Positions 13,184-24,362 of a DNA stretch of 64,000 bases are shown in pieces (the stretch's first letter is position 1; every line of letters begins with the position of its first letter). The notes beneath the pieces are model-generated. The model worked only from the letters and a program-made list of their open reading frames with translations, was not told the origin of the DNA and made no database searches. The position numbers and the translations under genes are program-made. Source of the stretch: Octopus vulgaris (taxonomy: Eukaryota); the NCBI GenBank assembly GCA_951406725.2, contig OX597831.1, positions 83,762,001 to 83,826,000 on the forward strand, read 5' to 3'.

Positions 13184-13212
13184 TGCCGAGCAGCGCCGTG
13201 TATCTCTGCTAG
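13184..13212 (+). mobile_element. Helitron-like 3' terminus
   Basis: gccgagcagcgccgtgtatctctgCTAG|T, similar to ggcaacgccgggtaactctgCTAG|T at 36512-36537. Confidence 0.45.
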
Positions 13213-13511
13213 TTTAGATATCTGTCCGAGAACTAAATGTTGCGCTTATGTGTGTGTGCGTGTGTGTGTGTGTGTTGATGAGAGTAATGGAAATAGCAAT
13301 CATCTTATTCTCCCGTGAACGTAGTACAATTCAATACTTTGGAAACAACTTTGCATCAGTCTAAATAGGTTTTTCCTTAATTTAGAAGGCTGCTATGTAT
13401 CTCGTTCTACTTGGTTGCGTCTGGTGTCTTCTGCCTTTCCATCTCTACTCAGTTCAATTTCTCTTCCAAAGAGAGCAGAGTACTGCAAACATGGTATGTA
13501 AAGAGCCAATT

Positions 13512-14519
13512 TGGCATAGTTTCGGTTGGCATAGTTTCGGTTGTAGTAGCACAGATTTCCGTCGATTTGGCATAGTTTCGGTTGTAGTAGCACAGATTTC
13601 CGTCGATTTCCGTAAAAAACTTTTATTTTTTTACATAAGTAATGAGAGCGAAAGAGACTAAGAGGAAGCGATTTTACGACGAGAAGGTTTCACTTTGAAG
13701 TCGGCCTGTGTGTGTTTGATGGGGTGTGGGAGACAGACAGTATGTTGTGTAAGTGAAGTGCTTCTGTTAGTGTGTGCGAAGAGACAGACATACATATACA
13801 CATACACCGAGTACATACATACATACATACACACACACACATACATAGATACATACACACACACACATACATACACACACACATACTTACACACACACAC
13901 ACACACATAGATACATACACACACACATACATGCAGACATACATATACACATACACCGAGTAAAAAATTACACTGAATCGACCATACATACATACACACA
14001 TACATACATACACACACATACATAGATACATTCACACACACACATACATACATACATACATACACACATACATAGATACATACACACACACACACATACA
14101 TGCAGACATACATATACACATACACCGAGTAAAAAATTACGATGAATCGGCCATACATACATACATACACACACACATACTTACACACACACACATACAT
14201 AGATACATGCATACATACATATACACATACATGCATACATACATATACACATACACCGAGTAAAAAATCAGTTATCTCTCTCTTTCACACATTACTCTCT
14301 CTGTCTCTTCACACACACTAACAGAAGCACTTCACTTACACAACATACTGTCTGTCTCCCACACCCCATCAAACACACACAGGCCGATTTCAAAGTGAAA
14401 CCTTCTCGTCATAAAATCGCTTCCTCTTAGTCTCTTTCGCTCTCATTACTTATGTAAAAAAATAAAAGTTTTTTACGGAAATCGACGGAAATCTGCGCTA
14501 CGACATGCGAAACTTCGCC
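13512..14519. mobile_element. MITE/foldback element with ~220-bp terminal inverted repeats and a (CA)/(CATA)-rich core
   Basis: 13570-13790 is the reverse complement of 14300-14519 with few mismatches. Termini begin GGC(A/G). The left end carries tandem re-duplications of ttggcatagtttcgg. Confidence 0.85.
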
Positions 14520-15191
14520 GATAATTTATTTTAATACAATATTTATGTGTACGTTTTTCTTGCGAGTTCACACTGACCCCGACTTCCACCCCACTTGTAC
14601 ACATACAGTTCCCAATTTTGAAAGAATATTCAAGTTTTTCTTATTTGGGAATTAAGAAGGGTAAAAATAAAGGTACTTGTACCAAAATAAATTCTCTTCA
14701 TACAAAACTTCTGTGAGCTATCCTAAGAAGGATTGCCACTTCCTGTGTATGTTTCTATTACACACACTCACATACAAAAAAGAAAAGAATAAAGAATGTG
14801 AGCGTATGTGAAAGATAACAGGTGTACGTGTCGGTGTGCGTGAGTGAATACAAATACATAAAGCTGAACACGCTTGCACACACACACACGTACACCCATT
14901 CGCTTTCATATACACGTACACACACACACACACACACATGTATATCCATTCTCTTTCAGACACTTTCATATACACACGCGCATGCGCGCCAGTCTCTTTT
15001 GGCTTTCACTTTCCAGCTTCGACACCAAAAGTAAATAAAGAAAATTTTTTTCACGGAAACTAACGAACAGTTGTAAACTTTAACAGTTCTGAGAACAACA
15101 ACAACGAAGGATTACCCATAACTTACAGGAAATGAAATTTTCTACAAATATCTTTCACATTATGTAAGTTCCAATTATATGGAAATTTAAT

Positions 15192-15396
15192 TCTTTCTAA
15201 TATAGGCACAATTTTGGGGGAGGGGACTAGTCGATTACATCTACTCCAGTGTTTCCCTGGTACTTAATTTATCGACCCCAAAAGGAGGAAAGGCGAAGTC
15301 GACCCCGCTGGCATTTGAACTCAGAACGTAAAGGCAGGCGAAATACCGCTGAAGTATTTTGCCCGGCATGCTAACGATTTTGCCAGCTCGCCGCCT
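15192..15396 (-). mobile_element. tRNA-derived SINE with 19-bp target-site duplication
   Basis: TSD aattatatggaaatttaat at 15173-15191 and 15397-15415. B-box gagttcaaatgcc. Core gtcgacttcgcctttcctccttttggggtcgataaattaagtacc. Confidence 0.88.
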
Positions 15397-15599
15397 AATT
15401 ATATGGAAATTTAATGTGAAACAAAAAGAACGAGTGAATGGCCACACATGCATACTGACATACATCACAATTTCATCAGTGTCAAGTTTCATTTTATAGA
15501 CATATATGATGTATGTCAGTGTGTGTGCACCAACCAATTTTCTTTTTCCCCCACCCCACGCCGTAGCGCATGAAATTCCGGTATAATGAGAATCTAGAC

Positions 15600-17180
15600 A
15601 TTGTGAAAGGTATTTGCAGAAAATTTGGCATCACTACAGAGGTATACCTCCCTCCCTGACTTTGTTGTCTCCTAACTTCCAGAAAACTGAATAGAAAAAC
15701 AAGTTTTGAAATTTTTTGTCACCCCCTCCCCCATTCCTCACTATCCCACTCCGGACCGATTTTGGCCAAGTTTTTAAAACTTAAAAACTATGAGAGGGGC
15801 TTTTTCGGTAAAAAAAAAAAAAGAAAGAAAAGAAAAAAAAATTGTGTGCGATTCAAGGAAGATTTGGCTGTTGTTTCTAGCACCTCCCAAGATAACCCTC
15901 CGTATTGATGCTTTTGCAATATTTTTCTCCCATTAAGGCGGCGATCTGGCAGAAACGTTAGCACGCCGGGCGAAATACTTAGCGGTATTTCGTCTGTTTT
16001 TACGTTCTGAGTTCAAATTCCGCCGAGGTCGACTTTGCCTTTCATCCTTTCGGGGTCGATAAATTAAGTACTAGTTGTGTACTGGCGTCGATGTAATCGG
16101 TTGGCCCCTTTCCCCAAAAAATTTCGGGCCTTGTGCCTAGAGTAGAAACGAATATTTTTCTCCCATTAAACACCATAGAATGAGGATGCCCAGGTAACAC
16201 ATGCGTGGTTCATTGGTGGGATATAAGCAACAAAAAAATGGTAATTTAAATTCTTACCCCCACCTCACTCAAGCGAAGCCGTATGTGTGTAAGAAAGAAC
16301 ATTTTCTAACAGAAAAGTATGCTATTACATACCTCTTTTTTTAAATCACAGTGGATAAATGCCAGCAATGACCTTTTCAGGCTTTCCAATATTTTAAATT
16401 ATAAACAGAAATAATCGGGGGCCAGGAGTAAGGTTGCAAAAAAAAAGAAAAAAATCATAATTTTTCAAATTTTTTTAATAGTATATAACTATATTTATGG
16501 GGGGGGGGTATAAAAACATCAATATATTCGAGAGTGAGAAAGAAACGAGGAAAGGTGTTAGAATGTGCTAGAAACAACAGCCAAATCTCCCTTAAATCAC
16601 TCACTTTTTCCTCAGAAAATATCAACAATAATTTTTTTTTAATTACCGAAATGGCTCATTCCATGGCCTTGAAGTGCCAAAATTATTTGTTAAAATCTTT
16701 CCGGAGTGGAATGATGAGGTGGGGGGTTGTACAAAAAAATTTTCAAAACTTTTTTCCTAAAAAAAGGATGTCCCCCACCCTACCACCACATTTCGAAGAA
16801 AAGGGTCTTCCTGATTCGAACCTCCTCTCCCTATGCCCTCGAAAAGAAATTTCCCCACAAATCTCTTTAAAATCGTAATCCATGCCATTTGAAAGGTATT
16901 TGTATAAAATTTCATTAAACGATATCCATTTTCCTGAAAATTGAGGGAAAAAAGTCGGCTCGTATTAATTTTCCGAAACTCCTCTCCCCGGTCCCTCGGA
17001 AAAATTATTTCCCTTAAATCCCTATAAACTCTGAATCCACAGCATATAAGCGATGTTTGTTGAAAATTTTGTTAAAAAGTATCCATTTTTCTTGAAGTTA
17101 TGAAGCAACAAAGTCGGAGGAGGGACACATCTGTAGTTATGCCGAAAATTTCATAAAAAAGATTTTTTTTCTGAAAATTG
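15600..17180 (+). repeat. ~1.4-kb dispersed repeat with internal inverted arms (inverted paralog at 26915-28275)
   Basis: Colinear reverse-complement similarity to 26915-28275. Internal IR ggaagatttggctgttgtttctagcac / gtgctagaaacaacagccaaatctcc. Confidence 0.75.
15937..16150 (+). mobile_element. tRNA-derived SINE (same family as 15192-15396), 19-bp TSD
   Basis: TSD aatatttttctcccattaa at 15918-15936 and 16151-16169. The empty site is visible in the paralog at ~27843-27862. Confidence 0.9.
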
Positions 17181-18332
17181 AGGAATCACTGTCGTAGTGG
17201 AGGGCAACAAAGCATTTCCTCAACTTGGTCCAAGTCCAATGATTGAAACAATTATGAATGTGTGTGTGTGAATACTTTTTCGTTATTTTTGAAAATCATT
17301 TAATAAAACATACCTTGAAATGTAATTTAGATCCGTGTTTCTCTAAATCGCGGCCGGTTATAAACGTTGTGTGGTTCCTATTATTGCCAGACACTGAACT
17401 TCCAGAAAAGTGAAAGTTACTACTGCTACTACTACGTAGTGTAGATACTATCAGCAGCTGCAGTGTTTTTACTACCTACATGATCTCAAATAGTTATAGT
17501 ATTATTTGTAATAGACACTGAAATAGAGAACCCACCACTACTACTAGTATCGACAACAATGACGACGCCAGCAACAACGTCACAATTATGACACTGATAT
17601 CGGATTTGTCTCAAGAAATTCTTTTAAACCTACTTCTACAACCACCACTACTACTACTACAGTTTGTCGAAAGGAAATCGACTGCATTCACTTTTTTTGT
17701 TTCAAAACATAAAACCTTTCATACATCTACACACAAGCAAACACACACACAAAACATACACACACTCATACGCGCGCGCGCGCGGACAACAAAGAAGTTT
17801 GTGGGAAAACGAAACAACGCAAACGAACGAGCACAATTCTGATCTTTTCATCAGATGTCAACAGTAAATTATCGCAATTTCGCTGCGCGCCCACGCTCAC
17901 ACATGGGCACGCAAGCGCACACACACACCCACAGGCTGCACCAAGCAGCCAAGAACAAAATTAAACGCAAAGAAAAACGAAAACATGAAAATAGGCGGGG
18001 GAATGAACATACGCCAAGAAAACGGGCACACACATTCCATACTTCATAAGATACTCTCAACCTAATGATTGTCCTGATGGGATTGCAAATCAGGATCAAG
18101 TGTCACTTCTTTATATTGTACATGCTCTTACTAAGCTCTAAACAAGCCCTGGGCACTGCGAGGGACAACTGACCAGTCCTCTCACTGACGACGTTCTTGG
18201 TGCAGAAGTCTAAAAGATTTAAATGAGGACACTTCATGATGTTAGGCATTCCACAATTAGTCAGTCCTCCAGTTTGGGCCTTGCAATATCCAAACTGCCA
18301 TTCCTACACCCCACCTCATCACAGGGAACATA

Positions 18333-19606
18333 CGAGGGGCGTTCAATAAGTAATGCCCCTGACCCACTTGCCATAGCAGTAGAGCAACGAAACTTGGCAC
18401 AGTTATTAGTCTTTTTCTACATAGGAACCACCCAGAGTTACGCATTTCTCCTATCGTTTGATGCAGCTCTGGAGACCGTTTTTGTAGAAGACCACGACGT
18501 AACTTCAGAAATCAAGGCTGCATCATCTGGGAAACGCTTTCCTTTCAAAAACAACTTCATGGCTGGGAAGAGGTGAAAATCAGAGGGTGCAAGGTCAGGA
18601 GAGTAGGGGGAATGGGAGAGGAGTTCATAGCCGCACGCCTGTGCTTCTGATCTGGCGACACGCGAGTTGTGGACCGGAGCGTTGTCCTGCAGGAGGAGGA
18701 TGCCTTTTCTGATCTTGCCCCGCCTCTTGATTTTGATAGCTTCTCTTAATTTCCTCAAAAGTGAAGCATAATAGGCTCCTGTTATTGTGGTACCCTTTGC
18801 CAGGAAATCTGTCATCACTACTCCGTCCTGGTCCCAGAAGACTGTGAGCATGACCTTGCCAGCGGAGGGCTGCACTCTTGCCTTCTTTGGAGGAGGTGAG
18901 TCACGGTGCTTCCACTGCATTGACTGGGCTTTGGTCTCTGGATCATAGTGATGGACCCAGGTTTTATCCTGTGTAATCAGTCTTTTGAAAAATTTTGACT
19001 CATCTTCTTGGCACATCTCCAAATTCATCCTCGAGCACTCGACGCGTTCTTGCTTCTGGAAAGGTGTGAGCAACCTGGGAATCCATCTGGCACACACCTT
19101 TTGCATATGCAAATTGTCATGAATGATAGTTTCCACAGACCCGGTACTAATCTTGACCGCATGGGCTATTTGGCGAATAGTTATGCGTCGATATTCCAAA
19201 ATGGCAGCCTCAATTTGACGGACAGATGCCTCATCAATGGCAGAAGAGGGGTGACCAGATCTGGGAGCTGTTTCCACAGAGTTCCGACCATGTTGGAATT
19301 CACGATGCCAGCGTTTTACAAGGTCATATGATGGGGCATCATCACCAAAAGTTACTTTCATTTCATCAAAAGTCTCCCGTGGTGTGCGTCCTTTCAAATA
19401 CAAAAATCGGATCACTGCTCGACACTCAACAGGCTCCATTTCACACTTGACTCAGTTCAAACACCTGTAAATCAGAAACCACAATTAGGTCAGAGCTGTA
19501 ATTTGCCACTTAATCTATAGAGATATAAATAATTACACATGAAAAATTTCAGCTAGATCAAACAACTGCAAGTGGGTCAGGGGCATTACTTATTGAACGT
19601 CCCTCG
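18333..19606 (-). mobile_element. Full-length mariner (DD34D) transposon with TIRs and TA TSD
   Basis: TA|cgaggggcgttcaataagtaatgcccctgacccacttgc ... gcaagtgggtcaggggcattacttattgaacgtccctcg|TA. Confidence 0.97.
18438..19439 (-). CDS. Mariner transposase, nearly intact; C-terminal deletion/frameshift
   Basis: 333-aa ORF with N-terminal HTH, WIPRLL, ITQDKTW, LLQDNAPVH and YSPDLAPSDFHLF. The reading frame diverges after EVTSW. Confidence 0.9.
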   Translation of the reverse strand: MEPVECRAVIRFLYLKGRTPRETFDEMKVTFGDDAPSYDLVKRWHREFQHGRNSVETAPRSGHPSSAIDEASVRQIEAAILEYRRITIRQIAHAVKISTGSVETIIHDNLHMQKVCARWIPRLLTPFQKQERVECSRMNLEMCQEDESKFFKRLITQDKTWVHHYDPETKAQSMQWKHRDSPPPKKARVQPSAGKVMLTVFWDQDGVVMTDFLAKGTTITGAYYASLLRKLREAIKIKRRGKIRKGILLLQDNAPVHNSRVARSEAQACGYELLSHSPYSPDLAPSDFHLFPAMKLFLKGKRFPDDAALISEVTSWSSTKTVSRAASNDRRNA

Positions 19607-20539
19607 TATATCTAATGTCTCTGTGCACCACATTTCTGAATAAGAAATGACATATTTAAAATTTGGTCAATAGTATAGTATTATGTTAGTTTGCTTTCTA
19701 TTTAGTGTCTGCTAAAGTTTGTGCACACACACACACACATGTATATCATTCAATCTATCAACTCATGTGCAAATTTTATATTTGTTTACAGCTCAATCCG
19801 TGTGAGCCATCTCTCACAAACATAAAGTCACCCATGCCAATACAATAAATGCACCACCCACAAAAACAACAGAAACCACTTATATTGTAGACTACAGAAT
19901 GGATGAATGTGTCATTAAAAAACTGTGTACAGCTGTACCAAGTCAGTCTTATAAATGCCTATGCATGTTACTCCAACTAATGTAGCTAAAGAAAGTGAAG
20001 GGAAGTTCACCCCAGGGCAGTATTTGGTGGATGGTACTTTACAAACGTATTATTGTAGTGTTTTCCATGTGAGAAAGGGATACAAGGGCTATCCCAAGTA
20101 ACCAGAGTTTTACTCCACTGGTTGCACCAATACTGAAGTCATTAAGATACTGCAGGACTGTTTAAATCATTCTAATACTTCTTGCTATATGTGTGTGTGT
20201 GGTGATCTAATCTTTAATCCCACTGATGTAACTTTACACTATTCATAACTCAATGCTATGAACATTGTTTCAGTTGTGTAGTGAGTGATGAAAACAATAG
20301 TCAAGCTTAATTAAATATTTCATGTATCACCATCAATGAGACCAACTCCACTCAGTGCTCAACTTCCAGTCCCAAATCCTGTTGAGAATATTACTTTAAG
20401 TGAAAAGGAATCATGTGAAATTTAAGTATATCACAAGGAAAAAGATGAAATATTTCTGATCTAACATTCTAAGTTACATATTTCTTGTCTGGACTTGTTT
20501 AATAATTAAGTTTATCTTGTTGTGGTGACCACTGACCAC

Positions 20540-21120
20540 TGTGACATTCATCCTAGGCTGCATGGATTACTGCTCACAGCTATGGTCACCCACCAGTGTG
20601 AAATTAACAGTGGACCTTGAAGCAAACCAGAGAAGATTCACAAAGAAGATCGTCTCTTTGCAACTGCTCAGCTACCGGGAAAGGCTGAAACAGCTAAGAC
20701 TCTACTCCCTGGAGAGAAGGTGGGAGAGGTATGCAGTAATATATATCTGGAAGATCCTTGAAGGAACTGTGCCAAATTTTGGCATTGAAAGCTACACCAA
20801 TGCCAGAACAGGACGACACTGCATAGTGCCAAAGATCCCAGCAACGCCATCGCACTTCAGGACCAGTTACTGCAACAGCCTGGGTTTCAGGGGCCCACAG
20901 CTTTACAAAGTAGATATAGGTGTTTTTAAATCAAAGATGGACCTCTTCCTGTCGAGAGTCCCAGATGAACCTACCTCATGGCAAGAGGTGCAAGTGAGGG
21001 TAGGTACATCAAACTCCATTCTTCACCAAGTGCCACATATTGGAGGAGGCTCTCAGTAATAACAGTGTAGCAAAACGGTGGTGCATCAGCTTGGCGGCAG
21101 CTCTGAGCTGAAACTACAGA
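20540..21120 (+). mobile_element. CR1-group LINE 3' fragment
   Basis: ORF 20541-21059 (DYCSQLWSP, YSLERRWERY, VPDEP), followed by the conserved ggtggtgc...cagctctgagctgaaac tail. Confidence 0.85.
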
Positions 21121-21145
21121 AAAAATTTTTTTTAAATATATATAT

Positions 21146-21304
21146 ATCATCATCATCATCGTCGTTTAACGTCCGTTCTCCATGCTAGCATGGGTTGGAC
21201 GGTTCGACCGGGGTTCTGGGAAGCCAGAAGGCTGCACCAGGCTCCAGTCTAATCTGGCAATGTTTCTACAGCTGGATGCCCTTCCTAACGCCAACCACTC
21301 CGTG
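21146..21304 (-). mobile_element. RTE LINE 3' tail only
   Basis: (CAT)n followed by cgtttaacgtccgttctccatgctagcatggg, matching 468-625. Confidence 0.85.
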
Positions 21305-21315
21305 ATATATATATC

Positions 21316-24065
21316 TGAAAGGCGGCATGTTGATGTAAGGTGCATCCAAGAGATCAGGTAGAGAGGAGCTTCAGCCATGTTCCTCATGGGCAAGACATAG
21401 GAGTAAAAACTCTTCTGAGAAGGTAACAGTAAAGGAGAAGGTGGAGCGGGCTTACTTCTTGCTGAGAAATGGGTGGATAAGGTTATAGAGCTAGTTAGAG
21501 AATGCAATAGAGTACTGAAGCACAGGCTAGTCTTGCAGAATAGTATAGCTACAATTATATCAGCCTACTCCCCACAAGTAGGTCTACCAAATAAACAGAA
21601 GGACCACTTTTATGATAATCTTCTGTAGGTTACCTCCAAGACAAGTGATAATGATTTCATCTTCATGGCTGGGGACTTTAATGGGCATGTTGGATAGCAG
21701 CCCAGTATCTACCATGGTGTTCACGGGAGCCATGGAATTGGTTCCCAAAACAAGGAGGGAACAAGACTGCCGGAGTTCTGTCTTGCAAATAACCTATTGA
21801 TCTGCAACACCAACTTCAGGAAGCCAGCTAGCAAAATCGATTTCATTCTCACTAGGCAAATGCAAACACTCTCCCTAGTGAAGAATGTACCACCCAGCAT
21901 AGACTAGTCATTAGTGACTTTAGACTCTAGGCCAGAAGTAAGCCAAGAAGCAGACCAATATGGAAAAGAAGGATTTGGAAGCTTAAGGACCCTTCAAATG
22001 ATCAGAGATTTAGAGACATCGTAATTGTAAAAGTTTGATAAGAGGGAGGGTCAGCTACAAACTTGTGATATAGAGGGCAACTGGGAATTCCTGTGGGATA
22101 GCTTGTTGAGCACACAGACCAAAGCTGTGGCTAGTACAAAGTCCCTTCCAGACCTAGGGTAACGTGGTGTTGGAACAATACAGGGCCATTAGAGCAAAGA
22201 AATAGGCCTGGAAGAGGGGGGGGGCAACAGGGAACTGTATCAGACAGCTAGAATGAAAGCTAGGAGACAGGTATATCTAACCAAGGGAGTTGCAGAAAAG
22301 ACGTTTGCCTTTGTTGAGCACCATGAGGGCCAATGAACTGAAGTATTTTGGATTGCAAGACAGTGTGTGAGAGAAAATTGTGATGTCATAGGTGAGAAAT
22401 GTGTCTGTATGGATGATGGTGCACTTGCTTTTAATGAGTCTGCAAAAAAAGGGGCTTGGAGATACCATTATGAAAGACTGCTGAATGTGGAGAATGAATG
22501 GGAGGAGGAGAGTCTGCTATTCAAATTCACAGTACCCTGATAGATAAAGCAATTAAGGATATGAAGACAGAAAAACCCCTGGCCCATCAGGAATCACCTC
22601 TGAGATGCTTAAAATATCTGTCGGTGTGGTTTATGGTCTAGTCACATGTTTTGTAAATCAAGTGGTTCATGAAGGAGTCATACCCAATGACTGTTGTAGC
22701 AGCAGCACCATAGTCAACTGCTTCATAGGTAAAGCTGATGCCTTAGATAGAAATAATTACAGAGGTATCAAATTGCTGGATCAGATGATGAAAATTACAG
22801 AGTCATAGCCCAACTAATCAGGGAGAGAGTTAGTCTAGATGAGATGCAGTTTGGGTTTGTGCCAGGTAGAAGCACCACTGATGCTATATTTCTGGTAAGG
22901 CAACTGCAGGAGAAATACCTAGCCAAACATAAACCTTTGTACTTGGCTTTTGTTGACTTGGAGAAAGCTTTTGACAGAGTCCCCCAATCCCTTATCTGGT
23001 GGAAACTAGGGATAGACGAGTGGTTGATGAGAGCTGTACAAGCCATGTACAGGAACGCTATCAGTAGGGTGAGGGTGAGCAATGAGTACAGTGAAGTAGT
23101 CAGGGTACAATTAGGAGTTCACCAAGGATTGGTGCTCAGCCCCCTCTTGTTCATCATAGTCCTCTTTGCAATGACTTTGCTCTTATAGCTGAATCACTAA
23201 CTGAACTTGAGAAGAATTTCCAGGTATGGAAACAAGGTCTAGAATCAAAGGGCCTTAGAGTTAACCAAGCAAAAACCAAAGGCATAGTAAGTAGGAAGGC
23301 AGACAAATTGCAAATCTGCTCATGTAGATAGCCCTGCTCAATCTGTAGAAAGGTGTAGGTCGAAATTCCATAAAATGCACCTAGTGTAAGCTTTGGACAT
23401 ACAAAAGGTGTAGAAACATCAAAGGAAAGTGAACAGAGAAACTATCCTTTGTATGTGGGAGGTTAGGGTTAGGTATAATAAGTGCTGAACATGTGTGGAA
23501 AAGAGACTACATCAACTGCCAGTGGGGCAAGCTAGAGGTAGTAGATAGCTTCCAGTCTCTAGGCAACCAGGTTAGTAGTGGAGGTGGATATTCCAAGTGC
23601 ATAGCTTTGAGAACAATATTAGGTTGGGCAAAGTTCAGAGAGCTCTTAACCCTGCTGGCAACAAAAGGCCTCTCTCTCAGAGTAAAAGGTAGATTGTTTG
23701 ATGCCTGTATGCATTTTGAAAGTATGCTTTGCTGGACGTGCAATGCCAGTGTACATGTTCGGCAGAGTGTAAACATCTTGAGAAAAAAGTTAGGCATAAC
23801 AGGAACAAGAGAGGTGACTGCATTGGCATGGTCATGTGATATGTATGGACGAGGACAGCTGTGTAAAGAAGTACTGATCTTTAACTGTGGAGAGAACCTG
23901 TGGTAGAGGTAGACCCAGAAAGACATGGGAAGAGGTGGTGAAGCATGATCTTTGAACCTTGAACCTCAGAGAGGCAATGATTAGTGACCGAGACCTTTGA
24001 CAATGTGCTCTGCTTAAGAGGACTCATCAAACTAAGCATACCCGTGCTGGTGCCACATAAGAAAA
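21316..24065 (+). mobile_element. Decayed RTE LINE (APE, RT, PHD-like finger)
   Basis: AGDFNGHVG at ~21667, NYRGIKLL, QFGFVPGRSTTDAIFLVRQLQEKY, VHQGLVLSPLLF, AKFRELL. Many stops and frameshifts. Confidence 0.88.
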
Positions 24066-24079
24066 TCAACCTTGAATAC

Positions 24080-24362
24080 TGGGCCTCACAGAGGCAAAGA
24101 GGCTGAGTTCCTTTCGAGTGTTGGGCTTCGTTGAGTGAAGTGGCTGATTTCCTTTTGAATGTTGGGTAGCAAGTAGCTGAGTTCCTTTCCAGCATTCTGT
24201 CTCATGAAGGCAAGTGGCTGAGTTCCTTTATTGCATTGGGTCTCATGGAGGCAAGTAGCTGAGTTCCTTTTGAGCGTTGGGCCTGGGCCTCATGGAGGTA
24301 AATGGCCAAGTTCCTTTCAAGCACTGGGCCTCATGGTGTTAAGTGGTTGAGTTCCTTTCGAG
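24080..24362 (+). repeat. Degenerate tandem repeat, ~7 units of ~40 bp
   Basis: Unit is approximately gggcctcatggaggcaagtggctgagttcctttcgagcgtt. Confidence 0.85.

Noticed and set aside
15937-16030. tRNA-like A/B boxes (also at 33957-34025 and 54690-54733)
   Set aside because: They are SINE heads with SINE bodies (and a TSD at 15937-16150); no complete cloverleaf.
18176-18228. ctgacga-hairpin-taaa resembling a hammerhead
   Set aside because: The essential G12 is missing and stem I/III register is poor.
24080-24362. Repeat array superficially like a CRISPR
   Set aside because: Units are contiguous degenerate tandem repeats without unique spacers. No cas genes are present and the context is eukaryotic.
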